Origin: Candidatus Ratteibacteria bacterium
Lineage (GTDB): Bacteria > Ratteibacteria > UBA8468 > B48-G9 > DTJG01
DNA length: 14,605 nucleotides
Assembly: GCA_049971295.1 (NCBI GenBank)
Contig: JBMFLH010000052.1
Location: 1 to 14,605, forward strand
Direction: 5' to 3'
Positions within the stretch are counted from its first letter, which is position 1, and the number at the start of each line of letters is the position of its first letter. The translations under genes were made by a program, and so were the position numbers. Under the pieces are notes generated by a model. That model saw only the letters and a program-made list of their open reading frames with translations. It did no database searches and had not been told where the DNA came from. This document shows, piece by piece, positions 7,149 to 14,605 of this stretch.

Positions 7149-7562
7149 TTATTTTTCTCCTGGTTCTTCCTGCAATAGTATGATTGCCAGTGGCACCATT
7201 AATAGCCCTATTGCCTGGCGAATATTGGGTATTTCTTTCCAGAAAATCATTGAAGCAAGTATTGGTATAATGAGAGAAAGATTTATGGTAGTCCAGGAGC
7301 TGGAAATTTTTCCATATTTTAATGCAGTCAGTAATGCCAGGCGCGAAATGAAAATCGTAATTCCACCAGCAATGGCAAGTAATGTGGCACCGAATGTGAT
7401 GCTGAAAGTGTCAAAAAACAACAAATAGAAAGACATAAGAATGACTGCTGAAATTCTTTCACAAACAATAATAGCCAATCTATTGCAATGAAGGTGGTTT
7501 GCGTGCCTGTATAACAGCGCCGCGCAAGAATAAAAGATAATGCAGAGTATCAGAAAGACCAT
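7149..7562 (-). CDS. DMT/EamA-family transporter, single domain (N-terminal half-like), 137 aa
   Basis: ALKYGKISSSWTTINLSLIIPILASMIFWKEIPNIRQAIG is an EamA signature. Confidence 0.82.
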   Translation of the reverse strand: MVFLILCIIFYSCAALLYRHANHLHCNRLAIIVCERISAVILMSFYLLFFDTFSITFGATLLAIAGGITIFISRLALLTALKYGKISSSWTTINLSLIIPILASMIFWKEIPNIRQAIGLLMVPLAIILLQEEPGEK

Positions 7563-7564
7563 CT

Positions 7565-8725
7565 TTATTCGGATTTTTTGGCAACTCTTTTCACTGCTTC
7601 TCCCACAGCAAGTGTAACTTCTTTATTAAATGGAGATGGTATGACATAATCAGGGTTCAATTTATTTTCAGGAATAACGCCAGCAATTGCCTTTGCTGCT
7701 TCTGTTTTCATTCTTTCAGTGATTTGTTTTGCTCCTGCATCAAGAGCACCCCTGAAAATTCCAGGAAATGCCAGAAGATTATTAATTTGATTGGGATAAT
7801 CACTTCTTCCTGTGCCCACAATCAATGCGCCTGCCTTTTTTGCTTTTTCAGGCATAATCTCTGGCACAGGGTTTGCCATTGCAAAGATAATAGGGTTTGG
7901 CTTCATTTTTTTTACCATTTCTGGAGTAACAAGATTTGGGCCAGATAGTCCTATGAAAATGTCAGCGTCTTCGAGAGCATCGGCAAGGTTTCCTGCCCTG
8001 GATTTTATCAAATACCGAAGTATTTCCTTTTTTGCAGAGTTCATGCCGGTTTTTCTTCCTGCACAAATGATACCGTTTCTATCGCACAGGATAATATTTT
8101 TAATGCCGTACCTGTGCAGAATTTTCGTGACAGCAATTCCTGCTGCACCAGCTCCGTTAATGACAACTTTTACGGAGCATGGTCTTTTCTCGATGAGTTT
8201 CAAACTATTGATAATTCCTGCAAGAACCACGATTGCTGTGCCATGTTGGTCATCGTGGAATACAGGAATGTTAAGTTTTTTCTTCAATTCCCGCTCAATA
8301 ATAAAACACCTTGGGCTTGAAATATCTTCAAGATTGATACCACCAAACCCAGGCGCAATGGCGCATACTGTTTGAATAATTTTCTTTGTGTTCTGGGTAT
8401 TCAGACAGATCGGGTATGCATCCACACCACCAAACTCCTTAAAAAGAATTGCCTTTCCCTCCATTACAGGCAGTGCTGCAAGTCCACCGATATTTCCAAG
8501 TCCAAGCACTGCACTTCCATCAGTCACAACAGCTACTGAATTTTTTTTGATTGTGTACTGATAGGCAAGGAGTGGATTTTTTTCTATTACTTTACAAACT
8601 TCTGCAACTCCAGGTGTATAGGCAATGGAAAGGTCTTCTTTTGTTTTTAATGGAACTTTCATGGAGATGCCAAGTTTTCCGCCATTATGGAGTTCCAGAA
8701 TCTTTTTTAAAGAAATATCAGCCAT
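7565..8725 (-). CDS. NAD(P)-dependent malic enzyme (short bacterial type, no PTA domain), 386 aa
   Basis: LSIAYTPGVA, VTDGSAVLGLGNIG, PVMEGKA, GGINLEDI, FHDDQHGTA, NGAGAAG, FAMANPVPEI, TGRSDYPNQINN. Start placed at ATG 8725, 4 nt after the pth stop, rather than 8767. Confidence 0.95.
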   Translation of the reverse strand: MADISLKKILELHNGGKLGISMKVPLKTKEDLSIAYTPGVAEVCKVIEKNPLLAYQYTIKKNSVAVVTDGSAVLGLGNIGGLAALPVMEGKAILFKEFGGVDAYPICLNTQNTKKIIQTVCAIAPGFGGINLEDISSPRCFIIERELKKKLNIPVFHDDQHGTAIVVLAGIINSLKLIEKRPCSVKVVINGAGAAGIAVTKILHRYGIKNIILCDRNGIICAGRKTGMNSAKKEILRYLIKSRAGNLADALEDADIFIGLSGPNLVTPEMVKKMKPNPIIFAMANPVPEIMPEKAKKAGALIVGTGRSDYPNQINNLLAFPGIFRGALDAGAKQITERMKTEAAKAIAGVIPENKLNPDYVIPSPFNKEVTLAVGEAVKRVAKKSE

Positions 8726-8729
8726 GACT

Positions 8730-9293
8730 TTAGCCCTTTCCGTTAACGATTGACATTGCTTTTTCAATGCCTTCTTTCAAAATTAATTCAATTGCGTCTG
8801 CTGCATCTTTCACCATTTGTCTCGCAATTGGTTTTTCTTCTTCAGTAAAATCAGAAAGCACATATTCCACAAGGTCCATTCCTTCAGGTGGCATTCCAAT
8901 ACCAAGCTTTATCCTTGGAAATTCTTCTGTCCCTATGGATTCGATAACAGATTGAATGCCCTTGTGTCCACCGCTACTGCCTTTTTTCCTTATTCTAATT
9001 TTTCCCAGTGCAAGATTCACGTCGTCATATACAAGAAGGATTTCGTCTGGTTTAATATCAAAACTGGTGCACAGCGCAAGTGCAGCTTTGCCACTTTCGT
9101 TCATAAATGTGGATGATCTTGCAACAATTACAGTTCTTCCGCATATTTCTATTTCAGTGGCACGAAAATACTTTCTTTTCCATGATTTTGTTAAACAGGC
9201 GCGGGAAATTAACTCTGAAATGACCTTTGCTCCGATATTATGCCGATTGTTGATGTAGTTTTTCCCGGGATTTCCAAGACCGAGTATGACCAC
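8730..9293 (-). CDS. pth: Peptidyl-tRNA hydrolase
   Basis: GLGNPG, RHNIG, TFMNESG, VYDD, GSSGGHKG, FPRIKLGIG, YVLSDF; follows rplY as is usual. Confidence 0.96.
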   Translation of the reverse strand: MVILGLGNPGKNYINNRHNIGAKVISELISRACLTKSWKRKYFRATEIEICGRTVIVARSSTFMNESGKAALALCTSFDIKPDEILLVYDDVNLALGKIRIRKKGSSGGHKGIQSVIESIGTEEFPRIKLGIGMPPEGMDLVEYVLSDFTEEEKPIARQMVKDAADAIELILKEGIEKAMSIVNGKG

Positions 9294-9296
9294 AAT

Positions 9297-10016
9297 TTAT
9301 TCACCCTTTTCAGTTTCTTTTTTCGCTTCTTTTTCTTTTCTGCGTTCCTCAGCAATTTCCTGCGTGATTACTTTTGGTTGTTGAACTTCTTCTGTTGCAG
9401 CTGCGGCAACTTCTTCAGGCGCAGGGACTGTTTCTGCTTTTGGAACAAGGATTGTGACCACAACATGTTCAGAATCAACAAGGGGTTTTATTCCTTCAGG
9501 AAATTTGATGTCCCTAACATAGATACTTTCACCAATCTTGAGGTTCGAGACGTCCAATTCAATTGCTTCTGGAAGAGCATCAGGAAGACCTTCAACTTCT
9601 ATTTCTCTGAGGTCATGTTCCATGATACCACCTTCTTTGATTCCAGGACACTCACCGACCAATCTGATAGGAACGCTTAAATGTACTGGTTGATTCTTGC
9701 CTATATGATAAAAATCTATGTGCAGAATTTCTCCTGTGATGGGATTGGTCTGAACTTCTTTCACAATTGTCTTTAGAATATCCTTCTCCCCATCGTGCTC
9801 GATTTCAAGGTTAGCCATTACACTGTGGCTTGTCACATGTCTGAGAGTATTTTCTGCTGATTTTTTGTCCACCGCAAGGAGTTTATTTTCCTCACCTGCT
9901 CCATAAAGAATTCCTGGAACAAATCCTGTTCTTCTGAGAGTGCGACTGGCACTTTTTCCTGCAGAATTTCTCGTTTTTGCAATAAATTTAACCTGTGTCT
10001 TTTCTTTTTCTGCCAT
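9297..10016 (-). CDS. rplY: 50S ribosomal protein L25/general stress protein Ctc (long form)
   Basis: GKSASRTLRRTGFVPGILYG, KEVQTNP..GEILHIDF, VPIRLVGE, LPEAIELDVSNLKIGESI, acidic tail; RBS GGAGGT at 10030-10025. Confidence 0.96.
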   Translation of the reverse strand: MAEKEKTQVKFIAKTRNSAGKSASRTLRRTGFVPGILYGAGEENKLLAVDKKSAENTLRHVTSHSVMANLEIEHDGEKDILKTIVKEVQTNPITGEILHIDFYHIGKNQPVHLSVPIRLVGECPGIKEGGIMEHDLREIEVEGLPDALPEAIELDVSNLKIGESIYVRDIKFPEGIKPLVDSEHVVVTILVPKAETVPAPEEVAAAATEEVQQPKVITQEIAEERRKEKEAKKETEKGE

Positions 10017-10055
10017 TTTTTATTACCTCCTGATGCTTTATATTGCCAACTATTA

Positions 10056-10105
10056 AGTTTACCATTAAAAGGCGAATTGTCAACTAAACTTTTATGTGGT
10101 AAAAA
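10056..10105. promoter_or_regulatory. Divergent overlapping sigma70 promoters for rplY (minus) and the deacetylase (plus)
   Basis: Minus: TTGACA (10083-10078), 16 nt, TGG-TAAACT (10061-10056). Plus: TTGTCA (10077-10082), 17 nt, TGG-TAAAAA (10100-10105). Confidence 0.6.
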
Positions 10106-10113
10106 ATATTACT

Positions 10114-10986
10114 ATGGAGATATTTTTCAGAAAAGAACTTCTTGAATTCATGGAACCAGAGCATCCAGAATGTCCACAACGGCTTTCGTCAATTGTAAAT
10201 TTCCTTGGAAAAAAAGGAAAGAATCAACTTCATTCTTTCGAGCAGGTATCAGAATCTTTGCTTCTAAAAGTTCATTCACAACGACTTGTGAATATGGTCA
10301 GAAATAACAATTTTTTTGATCCTGATACTCCGAACATTCCAAACATTTACTTCTATGCGTGTTTATCTGCTGGTGGAGCTGTTGCTGCGGCACAGAGCGC
10401 GCTTGATAGAAAGGATGCCTGTGCCCTGATTCGTCCACCAGGTCATCACGCGGGAAAAGATTTTCTTGGCGGATTCTGTTATTTTAATAATATTGCAATT
10501 GCTGTGACACATTGTTTGAAAACCGTGAAAAAAGTTGCAATTCTGGACCTGGACGGTCACCATGGAAATGGCACAGAATCAATATTTAAGGATGTTGACC
10601 ACGTCATTTTTATTTCTATTCATCAGCATCCTGCATATCCGGGAACAGGACTGGCAAGTTTTTCAAACTGTTATAATTTTCCTGTGAAACCAAATACCAC
10701 CTTTTCTGATTATAAAATTTTTCTGGTTGAGGCAATAGGTTTGATAAGAAGATTTGCGCCTGACATTCTTGGAATATCACTCGGGTTTGACACTCATTTA
10801 GATGACCCGCTTCTTCAATTGCGATTTGTGGATTCTGACTATTACCATATGGCGAAAATGATTGCTTCAGGAATTTCATGCCCTGTTTTTATTGTTCTTG
10901 AGGGCGGTTATGATATTGCTTCTATTGGCAATAGTTTTTTCTGCTTTCTTTCTGGCTGGGAAAAGACGAAAAATTACGTAGGATAA
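10114..10986 (+). CDS. Histone deacetylase family (Zn-dependent, AcuC/APAH-like) protein, 290 aa (alternative start GTG 10096)
   Basis: HPECPQRL, RPPGHHA, GFCYFNNIA, DLDGHHGNGT, SIHQ, YPGTG, GFDTHLDDPL, LEGGY. Confidence 0.95.
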   Translation: MEIFFRKELLEFMEPEHPECPQRLSSIVNFLGKKGKNQLHSFEQVSESLLLKVHSQRLVNMVRNNNFFDPDTPNIPNIYFYACLSAGGAVAAAQSALDRKDACALIRPPGHHAGKDFLGGFCYFNNIAIAVTHCLKTVKKVAILDLDGHHGNGTESIFKDVDHVIFISIHQHPAYPGTGLASFSNCYNFPVKPNTTFSDYKIFLVEAIGLIRRFAPDILGISLGFDTHLDDPLLQLRFVDSDYYHMAKMIASGISCPVFIVLEGGYDIASIGNSFFCFLSGWEKTKNYVG

Positions 10987-11043
10987 CTTTTTTCATTTTT
11001 CAAAAATAAGGATATATCTCACTATACAAAAAAGGGCGGCGTA

Positions 11044-12825
11044 ATGAAAAATGTTAGGGTGATTTTTGAACCAGGAATGATTGAGGTTGATGTTCCTGAG
11101 GGAAGTAAGATTATTTCTGCAATAGAGCGTTCCGGGATTCCGTTTGAACTTCCATGCGGTGGGAAGGGTATATGCGGAAAATGCGGGGTGGTTGTTGCTG
11201 AAGGCGCATCAGCACCAACAGAAACAGAAAAAAAACTTCTTGGTGGCAAGGTAAAATCCGGGTGGCGGCTTGCATGTCAGTCAAGAGTTTATCGTCATTG
11301 CAGAATTTTACTTGAAGGAAAAGGTTCTTCATATCACAAGATTCTTACAACAAAGGTTTTGTGTGATATGCCGAGAAATCCCCAAATTGCCAAAAAACAC
11401 CTGGTGCTTCCACCCATTACCCTTGATAATCCAGTTTCACTACAGGAACAAATTGCCATGTTTCTTGGAGTGGGGGTTGAACAGGTGAATCCACTTTTAC
11501 TCAGAGAACCGTCTTTATACGAAGGGAATGATTTTACAATAGTGTTTCACAATGGAAGTATTATAGGGATTGAAAAAGGAGATACAACACAACAGATTTA
11601 TGGCATTGGTTTTGACCTGGGTACCACCACCATGGTTTTGACTGTGTTTGACCTTGTCAATTGCAGGGAGATAATTACCGTAGTCAGACCAAATCCCCAG
11701 ATCAAATTCGGGGATGATGTGGTAAGCAGGATAGATTTCAGTCTGAAAGAATCCGGGTTGAATACTCTCTGCGGGGTTGTGGTTGACGAAATTAACAAAA
11801 TGATTGATGAGGCGGTAAAAACTGCAGGTATTAAAAACCACAATATATATCAGTTCGTATTATCAGGTAATACTGTGATGGAGCACATTTTTTTGTCCCT
11901 GCCATTGAATACATTAAGTAAAATTCCTTTCAATCCTGTTATGAAAGGACCGGTTGAAGTTTCTGCATATAAATCCGGCTTGCATATCAATCCTGAAAGC
12001 AAATTATATATTTTTCCTGTGCTTGGCGGCTTTGTTGGAGGTGATACAACCGGTCTAATTCTTGCCACAGGTATTCACAGATCAGAAAAAATTCAAATGG
12101 GCATTGATATTGGCACAAATGGAGAAATTGTTATTGGTAATAAAGACGGAATTATCGCAACATCAACCGCTGCTGGACCTGCCTTTGAAGGAGGAAGAAT
12201 CACCTTCGGGATGCGGGCCCAAACTGGTGCTCTTGAACGATGCTGGTTTTCTGACGGAAAACTCCACTGGCAAATTATCGGTGGAAATAGTTTAAAGGGA
12301 ATATGCGGTTCAGGACTGGTAGATTTGATTACAGTTTTGAGGCAGCAGGGGATTATTAATGAAACAGGTAGATTTGATGGCCAATCCGCGTCGCATCTAA
12401 CAAAAATGTTGAAATCGCAGGATGGAAACCATCTGTTTATTCTTGAACCTGAAAAGCAATCTGTTTACCTCACGCAGAAGGATATCAGAGAATTTCAGGC
12501 AGCAAAGGCAGCGATTAGAAGTGGAATTGAGATTTTGATGAAGATTAGAAATGTGGAGATGAATGATATAGAAAACGTGTATCTTGCAGGCGCTCTTGGC
12601 AATTTTGTTAACATTGAAAATCTAAAAACATTAAAAATGCTTCCTGATTTTCCTTCAGAAAAAATTATTCCGTCAGGCAATACTTCCCTTGCAGCAACAC
12701 TGCTATATTTGTGTAATGCTGATTTAAGAAAGGACATCGAATACATTGCAGGAATCACAAAAACTGTTGAATTGTCCCTTTTCCCGTCTTTTCAGGAAAT
12801 TTTTACAGAAGCACTATTGTTCTGA
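11044..12825 (+). CDS. ASKHA-domain ATPase with N-terminal [2Fe-2S] ferredoxin (DUF4445; RACo/AcsV-type corrinoid protein activator), 593 aa
   Basis: CGGKGICGKC...RLACQ; DLGTTT; NPQ..FGDDVVSRI; GGFVGGD; DIGTNGE; AAGPAFEG; GICGSG; AKAAI; LAGALG; GNTSL. Confidence 0.93.
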   Translation: MKNVRVIFEPGMIEVDVPEGSKIISAIERSGIPFELPCGGKGICGKCGVVVAEGASAPTETEKKLLGGKVKSGWRLACQSRVYRHCRILLEGKGSSYHKILTTKVLCDMPRNPQIAKKHLVLPPITLDNPVSLQEQIAMFLGVGVEQVNPLLLREPSLYEGNDFTIVFHNGSIIGIEKGDTTQQIYGIGFDLGTTTMVLTVFDLVNCREIITVVRPNPQIKFGDDVVSRIDFSLKESGLNTLCGVVVDEINKMIDEAVKTAGIKNHNIYQFVLSGNTVMEHIFLSLPLNTLSKIPFNPVMKGPVEVSAYKSGLHINPESKLYIFPVLGGFVGGDTTGLILATGIHRSEKIQMGIDIGTNGEIVIGNKDGIIATSTAAGPAFEGGRITFGMRAQTGALERCWFSDGKLHWQIIGGNSLKGICGSGLVDLITVLRQQGIINETGRFDGQSASHLTKMLKSQDGNHLFILEPEKQSVYLTQKDIREFQAAKAAIRSGIEILMKIRNVEMNDIENVYLAGALGNFVNIENLKTLKMLPDFPSEKIIPSGNTSLAATLLYLCNADLRKDIEYIAGITKTVELSLFPSFQEIFTEALLF

Positions 12826-12828
12826 ATC

Positions 12829-14605
12829 ATGAACAATCAGCAAATGCTTGTTTCCATTGCAGTTGACATTCCTGCCAGAACAAGTTTTACTTACAAAACA
12901 GACATTCCCCTGGAGCCAGGGCAGAGAGTTCTTGTTCCTTTTGGAAAAAGAAAAATGCTTGGCTGGGTCATAGGTCCAGGAGAAGAAGGTCCCTATCAAT
13001 ATAAAAAGATTTTGAAGGTATACGATAAACGTCCATTGATTCCACAACATCTTCTGAACCTTGCATTTGAAATAGCACAGATGTATTTCTCTTCGGTGGG
13101 TTCAGTTTTGGCGATGATGAGCAAGAACCTCAGTTTAAGAAAATTAGAAACAAAAATTGAACCATCATACGATATAAACGCTACTGATTTTGAAAGCGAG
13201 ATAGCCGACAGGATTTTTGAGAATATTAAAAGTACCGGTGAGAAGATTGTGATTCTGCACTTCAACAGGATAGAAGAAAAAAGGGAATTTTTTCTATCAG
13301 TCCCATCAAGAATCAGTGGTTCGTGTGTATTTGTTGCAAGTAATTATCTTGATGCAAAAAAATATGCAGCAGTATTGAAAAATACTTTTGGAAAGAGGGT
13401 AATACTTTTTACAGGGGAATCCAGTAAAACAGAAAAAACACTTTACTGGTACAGAATGCTGAACGAAAAAAATCTTATTATTGTCGGGACCCGTCTTGCG
13501 CTTTTTACTCCTGTTTCTGACCTGAAAATTCTGATTGTGGATGAACCTTCTGAATATGGTCATAAGGAAAATCAATCCCCTCGTTATACCTCAAGGGAAA
13601 TTGGAATAAAAATTTCTGAATTGCTGGGTATTTCTGTAATTTTTACAACATGGCAACCAGACATCACTGATATTTTTATGGTAAAGACAAAAAAGGCAGT
13701 TTTGGTAGAAACCCAACAAAAAAATTTTCCTAAGGTCGTAATAAGCAGGATTCAGAGCAAAAAACAATACGATATTCTTACAGACACATCAAAACATTTT
13801 GTTGAACAATGCGTTCTTCAAAAAGAAAAGGTTGTTATTATTCATAATCTCAAAGGATATGCAAGATTATTGATATGCAAAATTTGCGGTGCATCTGTGT
13901 TGTGCAAGGAATGTGGAAGTCCACTAGTGCCTGTATCTGAAAGATTTGCTTTCTGCACAAAATGTAAGAAAATTTTTGATATTCCAGGAAAATGTCCTGC
14001 ATGTAAAAAGGCAAAGCTCAGTATGAAGAAGTTAGGAGTTCAGAAGATTGCAGGAATTCTGAAAACAATGTATCCGGATTTTCTTGTGGGTGTTCAGGAT
14101 GATAGCAAAAGTATAGATGCAAATCTGCAAATCATTGTGGGTACGCAACATCTCGTTTCACATCTTGCTGAAATTTCCCCATTTCTCTTGATATTCACTG
14201 ATGCGGACATGATTGCGGCAGGAAGTGTTTTCAGAAGCGAAGAGAAATTTTTTCTCCTTGTTGAGAAAATCAAGCGGATGATGGAGCCGCAACACACTAT
14301 CATTATTCAAACCAGAAATCCGGGACTTGAACTTTATACTGATGTTGTTAACAATAATCCTGAAAGTTTCTACAATCGGGAACTTGCGATAAGAGGGAAT
14401 CTTATGTTTCCGCCTTATGGAGACCTGGTTGAAATTTGTGTGTATGGAAAACACTGGAAAAAAAACAAAAACCAAATGTTTGAAGAACTGAAAGAAAACG
14501 GTGAAATTTATGAGGTCTCTGAAAGCGAGGGAAAAACAGTATTTTTATGGAAAATCACAGAAAGAAAACATTCTTTTGTTCTTCTTGAAGATGTGCTTAA
14601 AAAAT
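12829..14605 (+). CDS. priA: Primosomal protein N' (PriA) with degenerate helicase motifs; 3'-truncated by the window edge, absent from the ORF track
   Basis: Manual translation: 592 codons with no stop. 3'-binding domain FTY...PGQRVLVPFGKRKMLGWV; IVGTRLALFTP; IVDE; HKENQSPRY; HNLKGYA; CKIC/CKEC/CTKC/CPAC; IVGTQ; DAD..FRSEE; IIQTRNP; FYNRELAIR...FPPY. Confidence 0.93.
   Translation, partial: MNNQQMLVSIAVDIPARTSFTYKTDIPLEPGQRVLVPFGKRKMLGWVIGPGEEGPYQYKKILKVYDKRPLIPQHLLNLAFEIAQMYFSSVGSVLAMMSKNLSLRKLETKIEPSYDINATDFESEIADRIFENIKSTGEKIVILHFNRIEEKREFFLSVPSRISGSCVFVASNYLDAKKYAAVLKNTFGKRVILFTGESSKTEKTLYWYRMLNEKNLIIVGTRLALFTPVSDLKILIVDEPSEYGHKENQSPRYTSREIGIKISELLGISVIFTTWQPDITDIFMVKTKKAVLVETQQKNFPKVVISRIQSKKQYDILTDTSKHFVEQCVLQKEKVVIIHNLKGYARLLICKICGASVLCKECGSPLVPVSERFAFCTKCKKIFDIPGKCPACKKAKLSMKKLGVQKIAGILKTMYPDFLVGVQDDSKSIDANLQIIVGTQHLVSHLAEISPFLLIFTDADMIAAGSVFRSEEKFFLLVEKIKRMMEPQHTIIIQTRNPGLELYTDVVNNNPESFYNRELAIRGNLMFPPYGDLVEICVYGKHWKKNKNQMFEELKENGEIYEVSESEGKTVFLWKITERKHSFVLLEDVLKK

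Noticed and set aside
7149..7151. Alternative genetic code or stop read-through explaining the split EamA
   Set aside because: TAA, TGA and TAG all terminate well-defined genes at their expected ends in this window.
7812..8375. 187-aa plus-strand ORF and other antisense ORFs (e.g. 172..528, 2043..2423, 3138..3503, 7051..7428, 9240..9680, 13306..13575, 14158..14475)
   Set aside because: All lie opposite or inside confidently identified genes, carry no recognisable motifs and look like shadow ORFs.
10987..11043. Cobalamin riboswitch or terminator upstream of the corrinoid activator
   Set aside because: Only 57 nt, far too short for a B12 riboswitch, and no convincing stem or promoter match.
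12826..14605. Apparent 1.8-kb ORF-poor region that could be ncRNA or a CRISPR array
   Set aside because: It is one open plus-strand frame (priA) omitted from the track because its stop lies beyond the window.

Overview
AT-rich bacterial chromosome segment; the gene repertoire suggests a PVC-like or Omnitrophota/Ratteibacteria-like anaerobe (inference only). From left to right: (1) two tandem prepilin-type/DUF1559 (H-X9-DG class) genes, the second out of frame with its own ATG because of an A10 run; (2) a terminator-like hairpin and two tandem sigma70-like promoters ahead of a tightly coupled six-gene operon encoding a xylose-isomerase-family enzyme with an altered metal site, a DegT-family PLP aminotransferase, a ligand-less pseudo-amidohydrolase, an intact amidohydrolase, a polytopic membrane protein and an alpha/beta hydrolase, which looks like an uncharacterised amino-sugar pathway; (3) a minus-strand run rplY-pth-malic enzyme-two in-frame EamA halves; (4) a symmetric divergent promoter; (5) an HDAC-family deacetylase, a RACo/DUF4445 corrinoid activator, and a priA gene missed by the ORF track (runs off the window) whose ATPase/helicase motifs are all degenerate. 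No rRNA, tRNA, CRISPR array or mobile element was recognised.
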